NCBI GenBank assembly: GCA_964637235.1
Contig: CAZWVR010000005.1
Location: 1 to 48,226 of the forward strand
Length of the DNA: 48,226 nt
Direction of reading: 5' to 3'
Source of the DNA: an uncultured Bacteroidales bacterium
Lineage (GTDB): Bacteria; Bacteroidota; Bacteroidia; Bacteroidales; S143-33
Both the position numbers and the translations under genes were made by a program. Below are positions 48,018 through 48,226 of the stretch, one piece after another. Under the pieces are notes generated by a model, which did no database searches, was not told the DNA's origin, and saw only the letters and a program-made list of their open reading frames with translations. Positions within the stretch are counted from its first letter, which is position 1. Each line of letters starts with the position of its first letter.

Positions 48018-48226
48018 ATGAAAGTTAATTTATTTGCACAGAATTCACATTTAGAAAAAATAGCTAAATGTGGAGTTGCTAAACTTACTGATTATAACTG
48101 TTTTGAGCATTGGGAGATTGAGCCTTCCTCCAACCCTTATAAATGGATAAAATCGGAGTATTATAATGTTTATGAGCCGCCTATACGGATGCTTTATTCA
48201 ATGCATTTACGCGGAACTACGGCATA
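48018..48226 (+). CDS. Hypothetical protein; runs off the right edge
   Basis: ATG at 48018 is open to the window end (MKVNLFAQNSHLEKIAKCGVAKLTDYNCFEHWEIE...). Family not recognised. Confidence 0.5.
   Translation, partial: MKVNLFAQNSHLEKIAKCGVAKLTDYNCFEHWEIEPSSNPYKWIKSEYYNVYEPPIRMLYSMHLRGTTA

Overview
An AT-rich (about 30% GC by eye), gene-dense chromosomal segment of a Bacteroidota bacterium, probably Bacteroidales. This is supported by TAnnTTTG -7 promoter boxes, no Shine-Dalgarno leaders, many lipoproteins, a PorE-like OmpA protein, an S46 peptidase and ndk/nrnA/FKBP synteny. Housekeeping genes include nnr (partial), rnhA, nrnA, ndk, murB, fmt and thrS. The main accessory locus is a 13-gene minus-strand operon (16435-27360, preceded by an acylphosphatase). 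Its subunit set and order match the Mrp-antiporter/complex-I-like MBX/MBS (membrane-bound sulfane reductase) complex. Its last subunit (MbsN/NuoI-like) is fused to a GltD-type FAD/NAD(P)H module, and its J subunit has only three cysteines. A second locus (5348-7560) looks like a stand-alone lysis cassette with no phage around it: a signal-less amidase+SH3, two membrane-anchored coiled-coil proteins and a holin-like 3-TM protein. Other oddities are an apparently catalytically dead M49-like lipoprotein coupled to Prc, a circularly permuted GH114-like hydrolase, an RNase HI with an extra N-terminal domain, a membrane-anchored muramidase and a MITE-like element. No rRNA, tRNA, CRISPR array, transposase or integrase was seen. 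All family assignments come from motif recognition by eye, not database searches.
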